From Gemmatimonadota bacterium (lineage in GTDB: Bacteria; Gemmatimonadota; Gemmatimonadetes; Gemmatimonadales; GWC2-71-9), in NCBI GenBank assembly GCA_039586365.1, contig JBDHKN010000001.1, forward strand, positions 64,001-128,000: a stretch of 64,000 bases of DNA, read 5' to 3'. Made by a program: the position numbers and the translations under genes. The notes under the pieces were generated by a model. That model made no database searches, was not told where the DNA came from, and worked only from the letters and a program-made list of their open reading frames with translations. Each line of letters starts with the position of its first letter. Positions within the stretch are counted from its first letter, which is position 1. Shown one piece after another: positions 8,897-19,032 of the stretch.

Positions 8897-10972
8897 ATGG
8901 CTGCGGTTACACAAGACGTCGTGGATGGCATAGCCCGGCTCGTAATCAATGTTCCGGGCAAGTCCGTCAATGTCATTACCCGAGCCGTAAGGGATGAACT
9001 GGCATCCCTACTCGATTGGTTGCAGGTGGAAAGGGAGGTACGTGCCGCCATCCTTATCTCAGGCAAGCCTGCCAGCTTCATAGCCGGTGCAGACATCGAC
9101 GAGTTCGTTGCACTGCGGTCACGTGATGATGCGTTCTCACTCGTTCGCGGTGGACAGGTACTGGTCGACCGGATTGAATCGCTGGGTAAGCCAGTGGTTG
9201 CCGCTATCCACGGCGCATGCGTAGGGGGCGGACTCGAGGCCGCGCTTGCGTGCGCATACCGCATAGCGACCGAGTATCCCAGGACGGTGCTAGGGCAACC
9301 CGAAATACAACTCGGTTTGATCCCGGCTGCCGGGGGCTGTCAACGTCTGCCACGTCTCGTTGGAGTCAGGGCAGCACTGGACATAATCCTGGCTGGGAAG
9401 ACCCTGTCTGCCAAACAGGCTTTTGGACGCGGCATCGTTGACGAACTGGTTCACCCTGCCGTACTAGAAGGCGTGGCGATGCGTGCCGCTCAGCAGCTAG
9501 CGTCGGGATGGCGGCCCCGGCGTCGTGGCGGAGGCCTCGTCGGCTTGCTGCTGGACAGGAACCCGGCGGGCCGGCGGCTAGTGTTCTCGCGTGCCCGGGC
9601 GGAGGTTCTCAAGAAGACGAGAGGACTCTACCCGGCTCCGCTCGCTGCCCTGGAGGCTGTCAAGCATGGGCTCGAGTACGGGGTCCAAGCAGGGCTCGAC
9701 AGCGAAGCAGCACACTTTGCGGAGCTGGCAGTCGGGAAAGTGTCGAGGAATCTTGTTCAGGTCTTCTTCGCCACCACGGAACTCAAGAAGGATCCGGGGG
9801 TGGACGGCGAGGTCCCCCCGCCGAAGAGAATTCGGAATGTGGCGATTGTCGGAGCCGGATTCATGGGTTCTGCCATTGCTGGAGTGGCTGCTTCACGTGC
9901 GAAAGCAGACGTCCGGCTACATGACACCGGCCTTCAGGCGGTCGCAAAGGGGCTAACTGGTGCACGCGAGATCTTAAGCAGCCACCTGAGGAGGGGGCGA
10001 ATCGACAAGTATGAACACAAAGAACTAGTATGCCTCCTGTCAGGTGGTACCGATTGGGCGGGATTCGGCCGTACCGACCTTGTGGTCGAAGCAGTTTTCG
10101 AGGAGTTGCGTGTCAAGCGCGAAGTGTTCCGTGCGATAGAGGAACAGGTTCGCCAGAGCTGCATCATTGCATCGAACACGAGCACGATCCCAATTGCGCG
10201 GATCGCGGAGGCCGTTTGCTACCCGGAGCGGATTATCGGTATGCACTTCTTCTCGCCGGTCGACAAGATGCCTCTGCTCGAGGTGATAATCACCGATATG
10301 ACAGCCCCCGAAGTTACAGCATCAGCAGTGGGCTTTGGTCGTGCCATGGGCAAGACGGTGATCGTTGTCAACGACGGCCCCGGTTTCTGGGTCAATAGGA
10401 TTCTCGCCCCTTATCTGAACGAGGCCGGACGCATGCTGAAAGAGGGGGTCGCCGTCGAGACAATTGACAACGTGATGACACAGTTCGGCTTTCCCATCGG
10501 GCCAGTCACCTTGCTCGACGAAGTAGGTTTGGATGTTGTATTGAAGGCTTCAGTAGTGCTGCATGATGCGTTTGGCGACCGGATGAAGCCGATGGATGGA
10601 ATCGGATACCGTCATGGCCGTAAGAAGAAGGTAGACGCAACGTACCGGGAAATCATCGGTGCGGCTCCTGACGCGTCTGTCCCGGAACAAGAAATCGGCT
10701 GGCGTCTGGTCTACTCGATGTTGAATGAAGCGGCACGTGCACTGGACGAAGGCGTAGTGCGCTCGCCACGAGATGGTGACATCGGTGCTGTTTTCGGTAT
10801 CGGGTTTCCTCCTTGTCACGGCGGTCCCCTGCGGTACCTGGATGCCGTCGGGCCGGCTAGAGCAGTTGAAACGCTGGAAATGTTGAGCGTGAGCTACGGA
10901 GACAGGTTTGAGCCGGCACCGAGGTTGCGGCAAATGGCTGAGAGTGACCAGCGTTTCTTCACTAACTCCTAA
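8897..10972 (+). CDS. fadJ: Fatty-acid oxidation complex alpha subunit (enoyl-CoA hydratase/3-hydroxyacyl-CoA dehydrogenase); short in-frame deletion near 10605
   Basis: FIAGADI, GGGLE, PEIQLGLIP, GAGFMG, SNTSTIPI, GMHFFSPV and GFWVNRIL; the GRLGRKxGxGFY loop is absent. Confidence 0.92.
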   Translation: MAAVTQDVVDGIARLVINVPGKSVNVITRAVRDELASLLDWLQVEREVRAAILISGKPASFIAGADIDEFVALRSRDDAFSLVRGGQVLVDRIESLGKPVVAAIHGACVGGGLEAALACAYRIATEYPRTVLGQPEIQLGLIPAAGGCQRLPRLVGVRAALDIILAGKTLSAKQAFGRGIVDELVHPAVLEGVAMRAAQQLASGWRPRRRGGGLVGLLLDRNPAGRRLVFSRARAEVLKKTRGLYPAPLAALEAVKHGLEYGVQAGLDSEAAHFAELAVGKVSRNLVQVFFATTELKKDPGVDGEVPPPKRIRNVAIVGAGFMGSAIAGVAASRAKADVRLHDTGLQAVAKGLTGAREILSSHLRRGRIDKYEHKELVCLLSGGTDWAGFGRTDLVVEAVFEELRVKREVFRAIEEQVRQSCIIASNTSTIPIARIAEAVCYPERIIGMHFFSPVDKMPLLEVIITDMTAPEVTASAVGFGRAMGKTVIVVNDGPGFWVNRILAPYLNEAGRMLKEGVAVETIDNVMTQFGFPIGPVTLLDEVGLDVVLKASVVLHDAFGDRMKPMDGIGYRHGRKKKVDATYREIIGAAPDASVPEQEIGWRLVYSMLNEAARALDEGVVRSPRDGDIGAVFGIGFPPCHGGPLRYLDAVGPARAVETLEMLSVSYGDRFEPAPRLRQMAESDQRFFTNS

Positions 10973-10992
10973 ATTGAGACATCAACATACAT

Positions 10993-11922
10993 ATGCTTCG
11001 AAGTGCTTTTCTTTGGCTCAGTGAGCAACGCCGGATCTTCGAGTTTGTCAAACAGAACAGGTTCGCTCGCAAGGCTGCGTCGCGCTTTGTGGCTGGAGAG
11101 GTCACCGAGACCGCAATTGAAGCCGCGCGTGTGCTGAATGAGAGAGGCATCACAGTAAGTCTCGATCTCCTAGGTGAGAGTGTGAGCGTACCCGCTGAGG
11201 CATACGCAGCTCGGGATGAGGTGCTTAGGACGATCGACGAGATCGATCGCGCCGGTATTGACGGCAATGTGTCGGTGAAGTTGACACAGATGGGGCTTGA
11301 TATCGATATCGGGCTTTGTCTGGAAAACATGCGTGTAATCATGTCCTGCGCAGAACAACACGGCATGTTCGTCCGCATCGACATGGAGAGCTCAGCGCAC
11401 ACCGAACGTACTCTCCAAGTGTTTGCCGAGCTCCACCCGGAATATGGCGACCTGACCGGCGTTGTAATACAGAGCTACCTTCGACGCTCTGCCAAGGACA
11501 TTGAGGATCTTATTGCGCGAGGAGCCCGCATGAGGCTATGCAAGGGAGCTTACTCTGAACCAGCCACAGTTGCATTTCAACAGAAGAGCGAGATCGACGC
11601 ATCTTTCATGCGACTCGCTGAGCGGCTTCTCGACCACGGCAACTATCCTGCGCTGGCTACGCACGACGAGGACATGATCCAACACGCCATGGCGTATGTT
11701 GACAGGAAGGGGATCCCTCTCGAGCGCTTCGAATTCCAAATGCTCTATGGAGTCCGGCGTGATCTGCAACACGCGCTACGGGAGAAGGGCTACAACATGC
11801 GTGTCTATGTACCCTTTGGGAGCAACTGGTATCCGTATCTCATGCGTCGGCTTGCGGAAAAGCCAGGCAACGTCGGCTTCATGCTGGCGAGTGTCGTGAA
11901 AGAGACGTTCTCTCGTCACTGA
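10993..11922 (+). CDS. Monofunctional proline dehydrogenase
   Basis: RFVAGE, SVKLTQMG, RIDME, RLCKGAY, ATHD, FQMLYG and YLMRRLAE. Confidence 0.93.
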   Translation: MLRSAFLWLSEQRRIFEFVKQNRFARKAASRFVAGEVTETAIEAARVLNERGITVSLDLLGESVSVPAEAYAARDEVLRTIDEIDRAGIDGNVSVKLTQMGLDIDIGLCLENMRVIMSCAEQHGMFVRIDMESSAHTERTLQVFAELHPEYGDLTGVVIQSYLRRSAKDIEDLIARGARMRLCKGAYSEPATVAFQQKSEIDASFMRLAERLLDHGNYPALATHDEDMIQHAMAYVDRKGIPLERFEFQMLYGVRRDLQHALREKGYNMRVYVPFGSNWYPYLMRRLAEKPGNVGFMLASVVKETFSRH

Positions 11923-12242
11923 TGGAAGACTCGACGCTCGGAGGTTATCTGGACATCCACCATCGCCCGCCAGCATTCGAGGGATCCGACGGGAGAATGT
12001 ACTCGGCCGAGATCTATGTTGACGATCAGCCGTGTGAGGACGGGACATATGGCGCAGCGGTTCTCTTTGTGCGGTGGTCTCCAGATGGTGCGCGTCCGGA
12101 CGGTCACCTCGAGACCGAGTATCTGGTGCACGGCCAGACTCCACACGAAGCGCGCAACGCTCTGCGGCGCCTGACGCTCTATCAGGTTAAGAACAGACTC
12201 GATCGCATAGCAGAGATCAAGAGGGAGCTGTCATCCTGGTAG
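11922..12242 (+). CDS. Hypothetical protein, 106 aa
   Basis: TGATG coupling to proline dehydrogenase; globular-looking sequence. Confidence 0.75.
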   Translation: MEDSTLGGYLDIHHRPPAFEGSDGRMYSAEIYVDDQPCEDGTYGAAVLFVRWSPDGARPDGHLETEYLVHGQTPHEARNALRRLTLYQVKNRLDRIAEIKRELSSW

Positions 12243-13147
12243 GACATCGGCGCGGTGTCGTCCTATCCAAGACGGGCGGTCGTTATCGCGTTCGCGTCGG
12301 CAACGGGGTGTTAGATGCGACACTCCGTGGCCGTTTCAAGCTGAGACACCAAGGTTCAGTGCTGGTGGGGGATTACGTGCAGATGCACGAGCACCGAGAC
12401 GGATCCGCAACGATCGAAGAGGTTTTGCCTCGGACTTCACTCCTCAGGCGGCGTGCACCAGGCAAGTCAAGAGGAGTGCGCAATCTGGCTGCGAACGTCC
12501 AGAAAATTGTTGTTGTTGGTGCGGTACGGCAGCCGAATTGGGAACCGAATCTGATAGATCGTTTCCTGGCCATCGCCGAGGTCAACCACCTGCCGGCGAC
12601 GTTGGTGGTAAACAAATGTGACCTCGACTCCGATCCAGGCCGCTGCGCCGAAGCATACAAGCTGGCCGGCTACTTAGTGGTGTTGACCAGCGTGCCCGAG
12701 CAGAGAGGGCTTGACGACCTCAGATGTGTACTGGAGGGCCATATCTCGCTCTTCACGGGTCCCACGGGAGTGGGAAAGTCCAGCCTTCTGAACGCGCTTC
12801 AGCCGGGCCTCCGGCTGCGTACAGGTGACGTCAGCAGGAAAGGTGGATCCGGCCGCCATACAACGGTTGCAGCAGAGATGTTTCCCTTTGGGCAGGATGG
12901 CTTTGTGGTTGACACGCCGGGTCTGCGAGATGTCGGACTCTGGGGACTGGATCCGCAGGAGGTTTCTGCTGCGTTCCCCGAGTTCACGGCTCTTTCGACC
13001 AACTGTCGGTTCGACAATTGCCGCCACCTAGAGGAGCCGGGCTGTGCGGTTGTCGAGGCCGTGGTGAAGGGTGAGGTAGCGGCAAGCCGTCATAGGTCAT
13101 ACCGTCGCCTGCTCGACGAGTCAGCAGATGCGGCTCGACACCGATAA
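12236..13147 (+). CDS. rsgA: Ribosome small subunit-dependent GTPase A; probable CTG start at 12236 (ORF track starts at GTG 12308)
   Basis: NKCD, GPTGVGKSSLLN, GRHTT, DTPG and CRFDNCRHLEEPGC zinc site; the N-terminal OB strand GVVLSKTGGRYRV lies upstream of 12308. Confidence 0.93.
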   Translation: MVGHRRGVVLSKTGGRYRVRVGNGVLDATLRGRFKLRHQGSVLVGDYVQMHEHRDGSATIEEVLPRTSLLRRRAPGKSRGVRNLAANVQKIVVVGAVRQPNWEPNLIDRFLAIAEVNHLPATLVVNKCDLDSDPGRCAEAYKLAGYLVVLTSVPEQRGLDDLRCVLEGHISLFTGPTGVGKSSLLNALQPGLRLRTGDVSRKGGSGRHTTVAAEMFPFGQDGFVVDTPGLRDVGLWGLDPQEVSAAFPEFTALSTNCRFDNCRHLEEPGCAVVEAVVKGEVAASRHRSYRRLLDESADAARHR

Positions 13148-13178
13148 CGGCACCTACAAAGAGGAGCAAGTCGCGGGC

Positions 13179-14429
13179 ATGGCAGGGTCTTCCTTGGAAT
13201 CGTTGGTCGAGCCTTTCGTTGGTGAGCGTTATGCCGCGAGCGAACGACTTAGCGATTTCATCGCTCCTCCATACGATGAGATCTCGCCGGAGAGACGTAA
13301 GGACCTCGCGAGCCGAAGCTCCCGCAATATCGTACATCTCGTACTACCTGAGGGGAATGACGACAAGTATGAGAACGCGGCACACCTGCTCCGGAGTTGG
13401 CGTGGGCAAGGGGTACTGAAACGCGACGCCCAACCCGGGGTGTATGTCGTTCAGCAACAGTTCACGCTTTCGGGTGAGCAATTCCGGGCTCGTACCGGAG
13501 TAATCGGTGCGGTCGCAGTAGAGCCGTACTCGCGCGGCCGGATAAGACCACATGTGAGGACGGACGCCGGTGCGAGAAATGACCGCTTGGCGCTCCTTGC
13601 TGCAACCGAGGCAGTGTTCGAAGCGCTGTTGATGCTGAAGCGTGATGATGGTAATGAGCTGCGCACGGCCCTGTCACATGTAACCACAGAGCAAGCCGTT
13701 GCTCAAGCCGACTTGGATGATGTCCACGTTGGACTCTGGTATGTGGGTGGATCGCGGGGGGAGGCGCTCAGCGAAATCGCAGGTACCGGTACCCTGTACC
13801 TGGCAGACGGACACCACCGCTATGAGGCGGCTGTCGCCTATAGGAAACAGAAGCCAGACGCCAAGAGGACATTGGGACTGATCGTTCCAGTTGACGATCC
13901 GGGTCTGGCAATCTTGGCAACGCACAGGGTCGTTTACGCTGACGGCTTGGACTTTGAGAAGGTGTTTGGTGGACTGCGTGACCGATTCCAGATTCATGAG
14001 CTCACCCCGGGACTGGACTATGCGGGACACCTCGCCGACCTCAGGGACCGCGGCACGGCGTGTGTAGTAATAGAGCCTGACGGGACTGCGGTCTCTCTGC
14101 TGCTCCGGCCGCGAGCGAAATTGGGCAACTTGCCATTTGCCAACGAGCCGGCGGCTGCGTCACTCGACGTGCTGCGGATCGACGAAACGGTTGTCAGACA
14201 TCTGCTGTCAGTTGCAGGAAAGGGCGCGGTCTTGCGGTACAGTGCCGATTGGGATCACGTTGTCAACGAGGTTGTCAGGGGCACGGCTGTTGCCTCGGTA
14301 ATGTTGAACCCTACAGCAGTTGAGCAGGTTTTGGGAGTAGCTGATGCTGGAGTGGTGCTGCCGCACAAGGCCACCTGCTTCATCCCGAAAGTGCCTGGCG
14401 GAGTTGTCACCCTGGCTTTGAGTGGTTGA
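13179..14429 (+). CDS. DUF1015 family protein (ParB/Srx-like fold)
   Basis: APPYDEIS, LADGHHRYE, ILATHRV and C-terminal LPHKATCFIPK; GAGGAG RBS at 13161. Confidence 0.85.
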   Translation: MAGSSLESLVEPFVGERYAASERLSDFIAPPYDEISPERRKDLASRSSRNIVHLVLPEGNDDKYENAAHLLRSWRGQGVLKRDAQPGVYVVQQQFTLSGEQFRARTGVIGAVAVEPYSRGRIRPHVRTDAGARNDRLALLAATEAVFEALLMLKRDDGNELRTALSHVTTEQAVAQADLDDVHVGLWYVGGSRGEALSEIAGTGTLYLADGHHRYEAAVAYRKQKPDAKRTLGLIVPVDDPGLAILATHRVVYADGLDFEKVFGGLRDRFQIHELTPGLDYAGHLADLRDRGTACVVIEPDGTAVSLLLRPRAKLGNLPFANEPAAASLDVLRIDETVVRHLLSVAGKGAVLRYSADWDHVVNEVVRGTAVASVMLNPTAVEQVLGVADAGVVLPHKATCFIPKVPGGVVTLALSG

Positions 14430-14533
14430 GGCTGAGGCCGTCCGTCGTGGAGAGCTGACGCACCTCGTGCCAGTCTCACGACATTCAACTGCGGTCTTTT
14501 CGATATGGGATTTCACGTTCAGTCGGAGTCCGT

Positions 14534-14788
14534 ATGAGTGTGCGGTCAAGACAACGAATCTTGGAGAACCTGGAAAAGATCTACCGCGAGGCATACGAGC
14601 GAGCCAAGCAGGCTGACAACAAAGAGAGGATGTCAGACCTCGATTCCTCCTTTCAGCGGGAGCAGCTCATTTTGGAGGTGCTCCTTGATGTGAGAGATGC
14701 GCTGTATTCGAGCGGCGAGGAGTCTTCGTCACAGTCAGCTCTGAAGAAGCTCGAAACGTTGAGGAGGATCACTAAGCTGACCAGGTAG
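14534..14788 (+). CDS. Hypothetical helical protein, 84 aa
   Basis: GGAG RBS and ATG; amphipathic helical pattern. Confidence 0.75.
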   Translation: MSVRSRQRILENLEKIYREAYERAKQADNKERMSDLDSSFQREQLILEVLLDVRDALYSSGEESSSQSALKKLETLRRITKLTR

Positions 14789-14895
14789 CCTGATCGCCCT
14801 CATTCTGCTCTGCTCCAATCCCTCCGAGGGGAGAAAATGAGGGCGGGAGGGCGGAGCGAATTCCTGGTTCTGCCAAACTCAACTATCTTAGCGAT

Positions 14896-17002
14896 ATGGT
14901 GACCCCGACGAGACGAAGACCACAGGTTCGCCACACCTCGGCCATGCATCTGGGCAAGGAGAAACTGCTTGAGATGTTCAGGCTGATCTACACATCGCGT
15001 CGTCTGGACGACAAGGAGATCCAGCTCAAGCGCCAGAATAGAGTCTTCTTCCAGATTTCGGGTGCTGGACATGAGGGTGTCCTTGTGGCTGCTGGAGAGA
15101 TTCTGAGACCAAGTTACGATTGGTTCTATCCCTATTATCGTGATCGCGCGCTGTGCTTGACTCTTGGGATGACGCCTACTGAGATGCTCCTCTCGGCAGT
15201 CGCCGCCGCAGACGATCCCAACTCCGGCGGACGACAGATGCCGTCGCATTGGGGACACAAGGACCTCAACATCGTCACCTAACGCGGTGGGATGCGCTGA
15301 GGCATGGCTGCGATATCAGATGATCGAGAAGATTGCGAACCTGGACGTGATCCAGAAAGACGAGGTAGTTCTCTGTACGTGTGGAGACGGCACGACGAGT
15401 GAAGGGGAGTTCTGGGAAGCTCTCAACACAGCTTGCAACCTGAGACTGCCGGTCCTCTTCTTGGTGGAGGACAACGGGTACGCGATTTCTGTCCCAGTTG
15501 ACGTTCAGACGGCGGGCGGTTCGATCTCGAAGCTGGCACGTGCTTTCCCCTATCTCTATGTCGAGGAAGTGGACGGCTGTGATCCCCTTGCTTCCTACGA
15601 TGTTCTCTTGCGTGCCGTAACCCACTGCCGGGACCGAAAGGGACCGGCTCTCGTACATGCTCACGTCATCCGACCCTACTCACACTCGCTGTCCGACGAT
15701 GAAGTCATGTATAAGCCGCCGGAGGAGCGTGAGGAGGAGGCTAGAAGAGACCCAGTGACGGTGTTTCCAGCAAGGCTTGTCGCCGAAGGGATTGCTTCCG
15801 AGGCTGAGATTGAAGGAATCCAGGCCAAGGCTGACGAGATGGTTGATCTGGCAGCGGAAGTGGCTCTGGCGTCACCACAGCCATCCAGGGACACGGTGTT
15901 TCTCCACGTTTACTCACCGAACGTAGATGTCACTGGGTCGGCATTTGACACGGAAGAGGATCCCCGCTTCGAAGGGGATCCGCTGACAATGGTCGATCTG
16001 CTCAACCGCTGCCTGAAGGATGAGATGACGCGTGATCCGAGGATAGTGGTGTTTGGAGAGGACGTAGCGGACATATCCAACGATGAACACATTGAGAGGG
16101 TCAAGGGGAAGGGTGGCGTCTTCAAGGTCACCTGGGGATTGCAGAAGGAGTTCGGGTCGGACCGGGTCTATAACTCACCCTTAGCCGAGGCCAACATTGT
16201 CGGTAGGGCAGTGGGCTTGGCCACGCGCGGAATCAAGCCGGTGGCCGAAATCCAATTCTTCGACTACATCTGGCCGGCATACCATCAGATAAGGAATGAG
16301 TTGGCCCTGATTCGCTGGCGGAGCAACGGAGCCTTCAGTGCTCCCGCCGTCATACGTGCAACCTATGGCGGGTACCTCAAAGGGGGTGCGGTCTACCATT
16401 CTCAGACAGGGGCAGCCGTGTACACGGGAATCCCGGGCCTCCGAGTGGTCTGCCCGGCTACCGCCCTGGATGCAAACGGCCTCTTGCGCACGGCGATTCG
16501 CTGCGACGACCCCGTCATCTTCCTCGAGCACAAACACTTGTACCGGCAGACGTATAACAGATCTTCGTATCCGGGTCCGGACTTCATGATTCCCTTCGGT
16601 AAGGCTAAGGTCGTGCGGGGGGGTGAGGATCTAACTGTAGTGACATATGGGGCTGTGGTGCACCGGACTCTTCAGGCGGCCAAGCAAGTTGAGGAACGTC
16701 ATGGTATCCGGGCTGAGGTCATAGATCTTCGCTCGCTCAGCCCAGTTGATTGGGAGGCCATAAACCGCTCGGTCAAGAAGACCAACCGGGTGGTCGTTGC
16801 ATACGAAGACTCAATGTCGTGGGGTTACGGGTCCGAGATCGCAGCTCGAATCGCTGCTGACCTATTTGAGTGGCTGGATGCGCCAGTACGGCGTGTCGCT
16901 TCGGCTGATACTTTTGTTGCCTATAGCCCGGACCTTGAGGAGGTGATTCTACCGCAAGCAGAGGACCTCGCTACCGCCATCGTTGAGATTGCCCGCTATT
17001 AA
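14896..17002 (+). pseudogene. Fused E1 alpha/beta subunit of a 2-oxoacid (branched-chain/pyruvate) dehydrogenase, split at about 15280 by a deletion plus frameshift (ORFs 14896-15282 and 15287-17002); may be an assembly artefact
   Basis: [15 protein letters not shown] and [10 protein letters not shown] in part 1; [16 protein letters not shown] motif, [20 protein letters not shown] and EIQFFDY in part 2; the usual linker of about 10 aa (SSxxGTQxL) is missing. Confidence 0.85.
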
Positions 17003-17068
17003 CCTCCGTACTTCTCCTGCAGCACGATTTCGCTAGCCTAAGGCGGGCAGGAACCGAACAGTGCGCTG

Positions 17069-18949
17069 CTACAGATCGCCCTTTCCTAATGCGTCTCGAA
17101 TCTCACCGGCGGCGCCGATTGCTGCTTCCACATCGATGCGCAGTGCCTGAGCCTGCTGAGTTGCCGATGTGAGGTCGGAGAGTACGGCAGACACTCCGGC
17201 TGATCGCAGTCGCAGCAGGTCGAACCGCATATTCTGAACCGCCAAAGCACAGGACTCGAATTGTGACTCGACGCCAGCCCGCCGGCTGAGCAACTCGGAC
17301 AGGGAATCCCTTTGTCGTTCAAGAAGTGATACGCGACGGTCGTTTTCCACGCTGCTCGCTTCTTGCTTCAGGCGCTTGATTCGCTCCTCAAGCTCCTCGA
17401 GTGCAGCCGGGTCCACACCACCTTCCATCTGGTTGAGAGTTCGCGCCAAGTCCGAAGCTCGCCCTATCAACTGATCTACGGTCTGCACCACGTCTGGCAG
17501 CATTTCTCGATCTGATTCTGGCAGCTTCTGTACCGTCTGGACTATTGCTGCCCGGTCCTTGTGCATCTGTTCCATCTGTGCAGTGTACCGACCGAAATCG
17601 TCTGAAGACGGCTTCGGCAGAGCAGCCAGAGATTGCTGACGCATCGAATCAGACGATGCGGGGAGTGCGTCTCTCGCGGGTGGCGGGTTCAACACGTCGC
17701 GCATGCTGTATCCCTCAGCCCAGAGCTTGCCGTATTGGGATGCCAGTCCAATGCCCCAGCCGATTGCCGGGAAGAGGAACCACGGGTTGTCTATTCCGGT
17801 GGTTACGACATTAAGCAGCAATAGGCCGCCGTTAACGGAGACGTAGGACGCAAAGTTGGAGCGGAATTTCCGAACCAAGCCAGGCTCACTGCCGGTCTCC
17901 TTAGCCGGCTTCTCAGGTTCTCTTTCCCGCTGCCGCACTGCCCGAGGTCGCCGATCCTTGCCCCCGATTCTCTGGCGCTCATCCCACCAATCACCCCAGT
18001 CACGCGGTTGCCTCGAGGGCCGCTGAGCAGGCACATCTCTCGCTGCGCTCGGTCTCCGAGAGAGAGAAGAGCGGGGTCGATATTGGACAGACGAACGGCT
18101 CTCCAAAGCACGCCGCACTGAGTCAGCGGTTGGCCAGCGGCTCTCAGGATCCTTCTCGAGACACCTCATGACGGTCGATGCCAGCTCCTGAGGTATCTCG
18201 GAGCGCATGGTTACCAGGTCGGGTGGTAGCTCGGTGATCTGCTTCATTAGCAGACCGGGCACTGTGGGAGCGCGGAACGGTGGCTTGCCGGAGAGCATCT
18301 CGAAAGCAACCACGCCGAGGGAGTAGATATCACTCCGGGCATCCAGATCGCTCTCTCCCGCAGCCTGCTCCGGGCTCATGTACGTGGGCGTTCCTAACGC
18401 GACGCCCGTACCGGTCAATGTCCCTGCGCCAGCCTCGGACAGCGCCTTGGCGATACCGAAGTCCGTCACCATGACGCGGCGCCGGGTCCCCTCAAGCAAC
18501 ACGTTGTCAGGTTTGATGTCTCGGTGGATAATGCCCGTGGCATGAGCAAGACCCAAGGCGTCAGCGGTCTCCTTCATTATCCGTCGGGATTCTTCGACCG
18601 GCAGCCTACCGCGTCGCCGGAGACGCTGGGCAAGTGATTCGCCATCCACGTACCCCATCACGAAATACACCAAATCGTTGCCCTCGCCTACCGTGTGAAT
18701 GGGTACTATGTGGGGATGAGAAAGCCGGGCCGCTGTCTGTGCCTCACGAATGAAGCGCTTCTTGATCTCCTGGCGAAAGGCGAGCTCCGGAGGGAGAAGC
18801 TTGATTGCCACGCGGCGCTTGAGCTTCAAGTCTCGTGCGACGTACACCACACCCATTCCACCACGCCCAATTTCACCCTCAATCACGTAGGAACCCGCGA
18901 GAGTCTCTGCTAGCTTGGTGGCCAGGGGCCCGAGTTGTGATTCAGCCAT
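17069..18949 (-). CDS. Ser/Thr protein kinase with 2TM domain and C-terminal coiled coil
   Basis: IGRGGMG, VAIK, HRDIKPDN, DFG and GTPTYMSPEQ; 2TM-like segment FRSNFASYVSVNGGLLLLN..PWFLFPAIGWGIGL; ATG 18949. Confidence 0.92.
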   Translation of the reverse strand: MAESQLGPLATKLAETLAGSYVIEGEIGRGGMGVVYVARDLKLKRRVAIKLLPPELAFRQEIKKRFIREAQTAARLSHPHIVPIHTVGEGNDLVYFVMGYVDGESLAQRLRRRGRLPVEESRRIMKETADALGLAHATGIIHRDIKPDNVLLEGTRRRVMVTDFGIAKALSEAGAGTLTGTGVALGTPTYMSPEQAAGESDLDARSDIYSLGVVAFEMLSGKPPFRAPTVPGLLMKQITELPPDLVTMRSEIPQELASTVMRCLEKDPESRWPTADSVRRALESRSSVQYRPRSSLSRRPSAARDVPAQRPSRQPRDWGDWWDERQRIGGKDRRPRAVRQREREPEKPAKETGSEPGLVRKFRSNFASYVSVNGGLLLLNVVTTGIDNPWFLFPAIGWGIGLASQYGKLWAEGYSMRDVLNPPPARDALPASSDSMRQQSLAALPKPSSDDFGRYTAQMEQMHKDRAAIVQTVQKLPESDREMLPDVVQTVDQLIGRASDLARTLNQMEGGVDPAALEELEERIKRLKQEASSVENDRRVSLLERQRDSLSELLSRRAGVESQFESCALAVQNMRFDLLRLRSAGVSAVLSDLTSATQQAQALRIDVEAAIGAAGEIRDALGKGDL

Positions 18950-19032
18950 GTGGCGGATGGTTAAAACCGAGCGTAGATTAACGTGGGCATTTGGGACTGG
19001 CAACCTGCAGCAACTGTTAGATATGGGGAAGC

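Noticed and set aside
8524..9264. 246-aa minus-strand ORF
   Set aside because: Antisense to fadI/fadJ.
15275..15290. Programmed frameshift or stop readthrough in the E1 gene
   Set aside because: About 10 conserved residues are physically missing and there is no slippery sequence.
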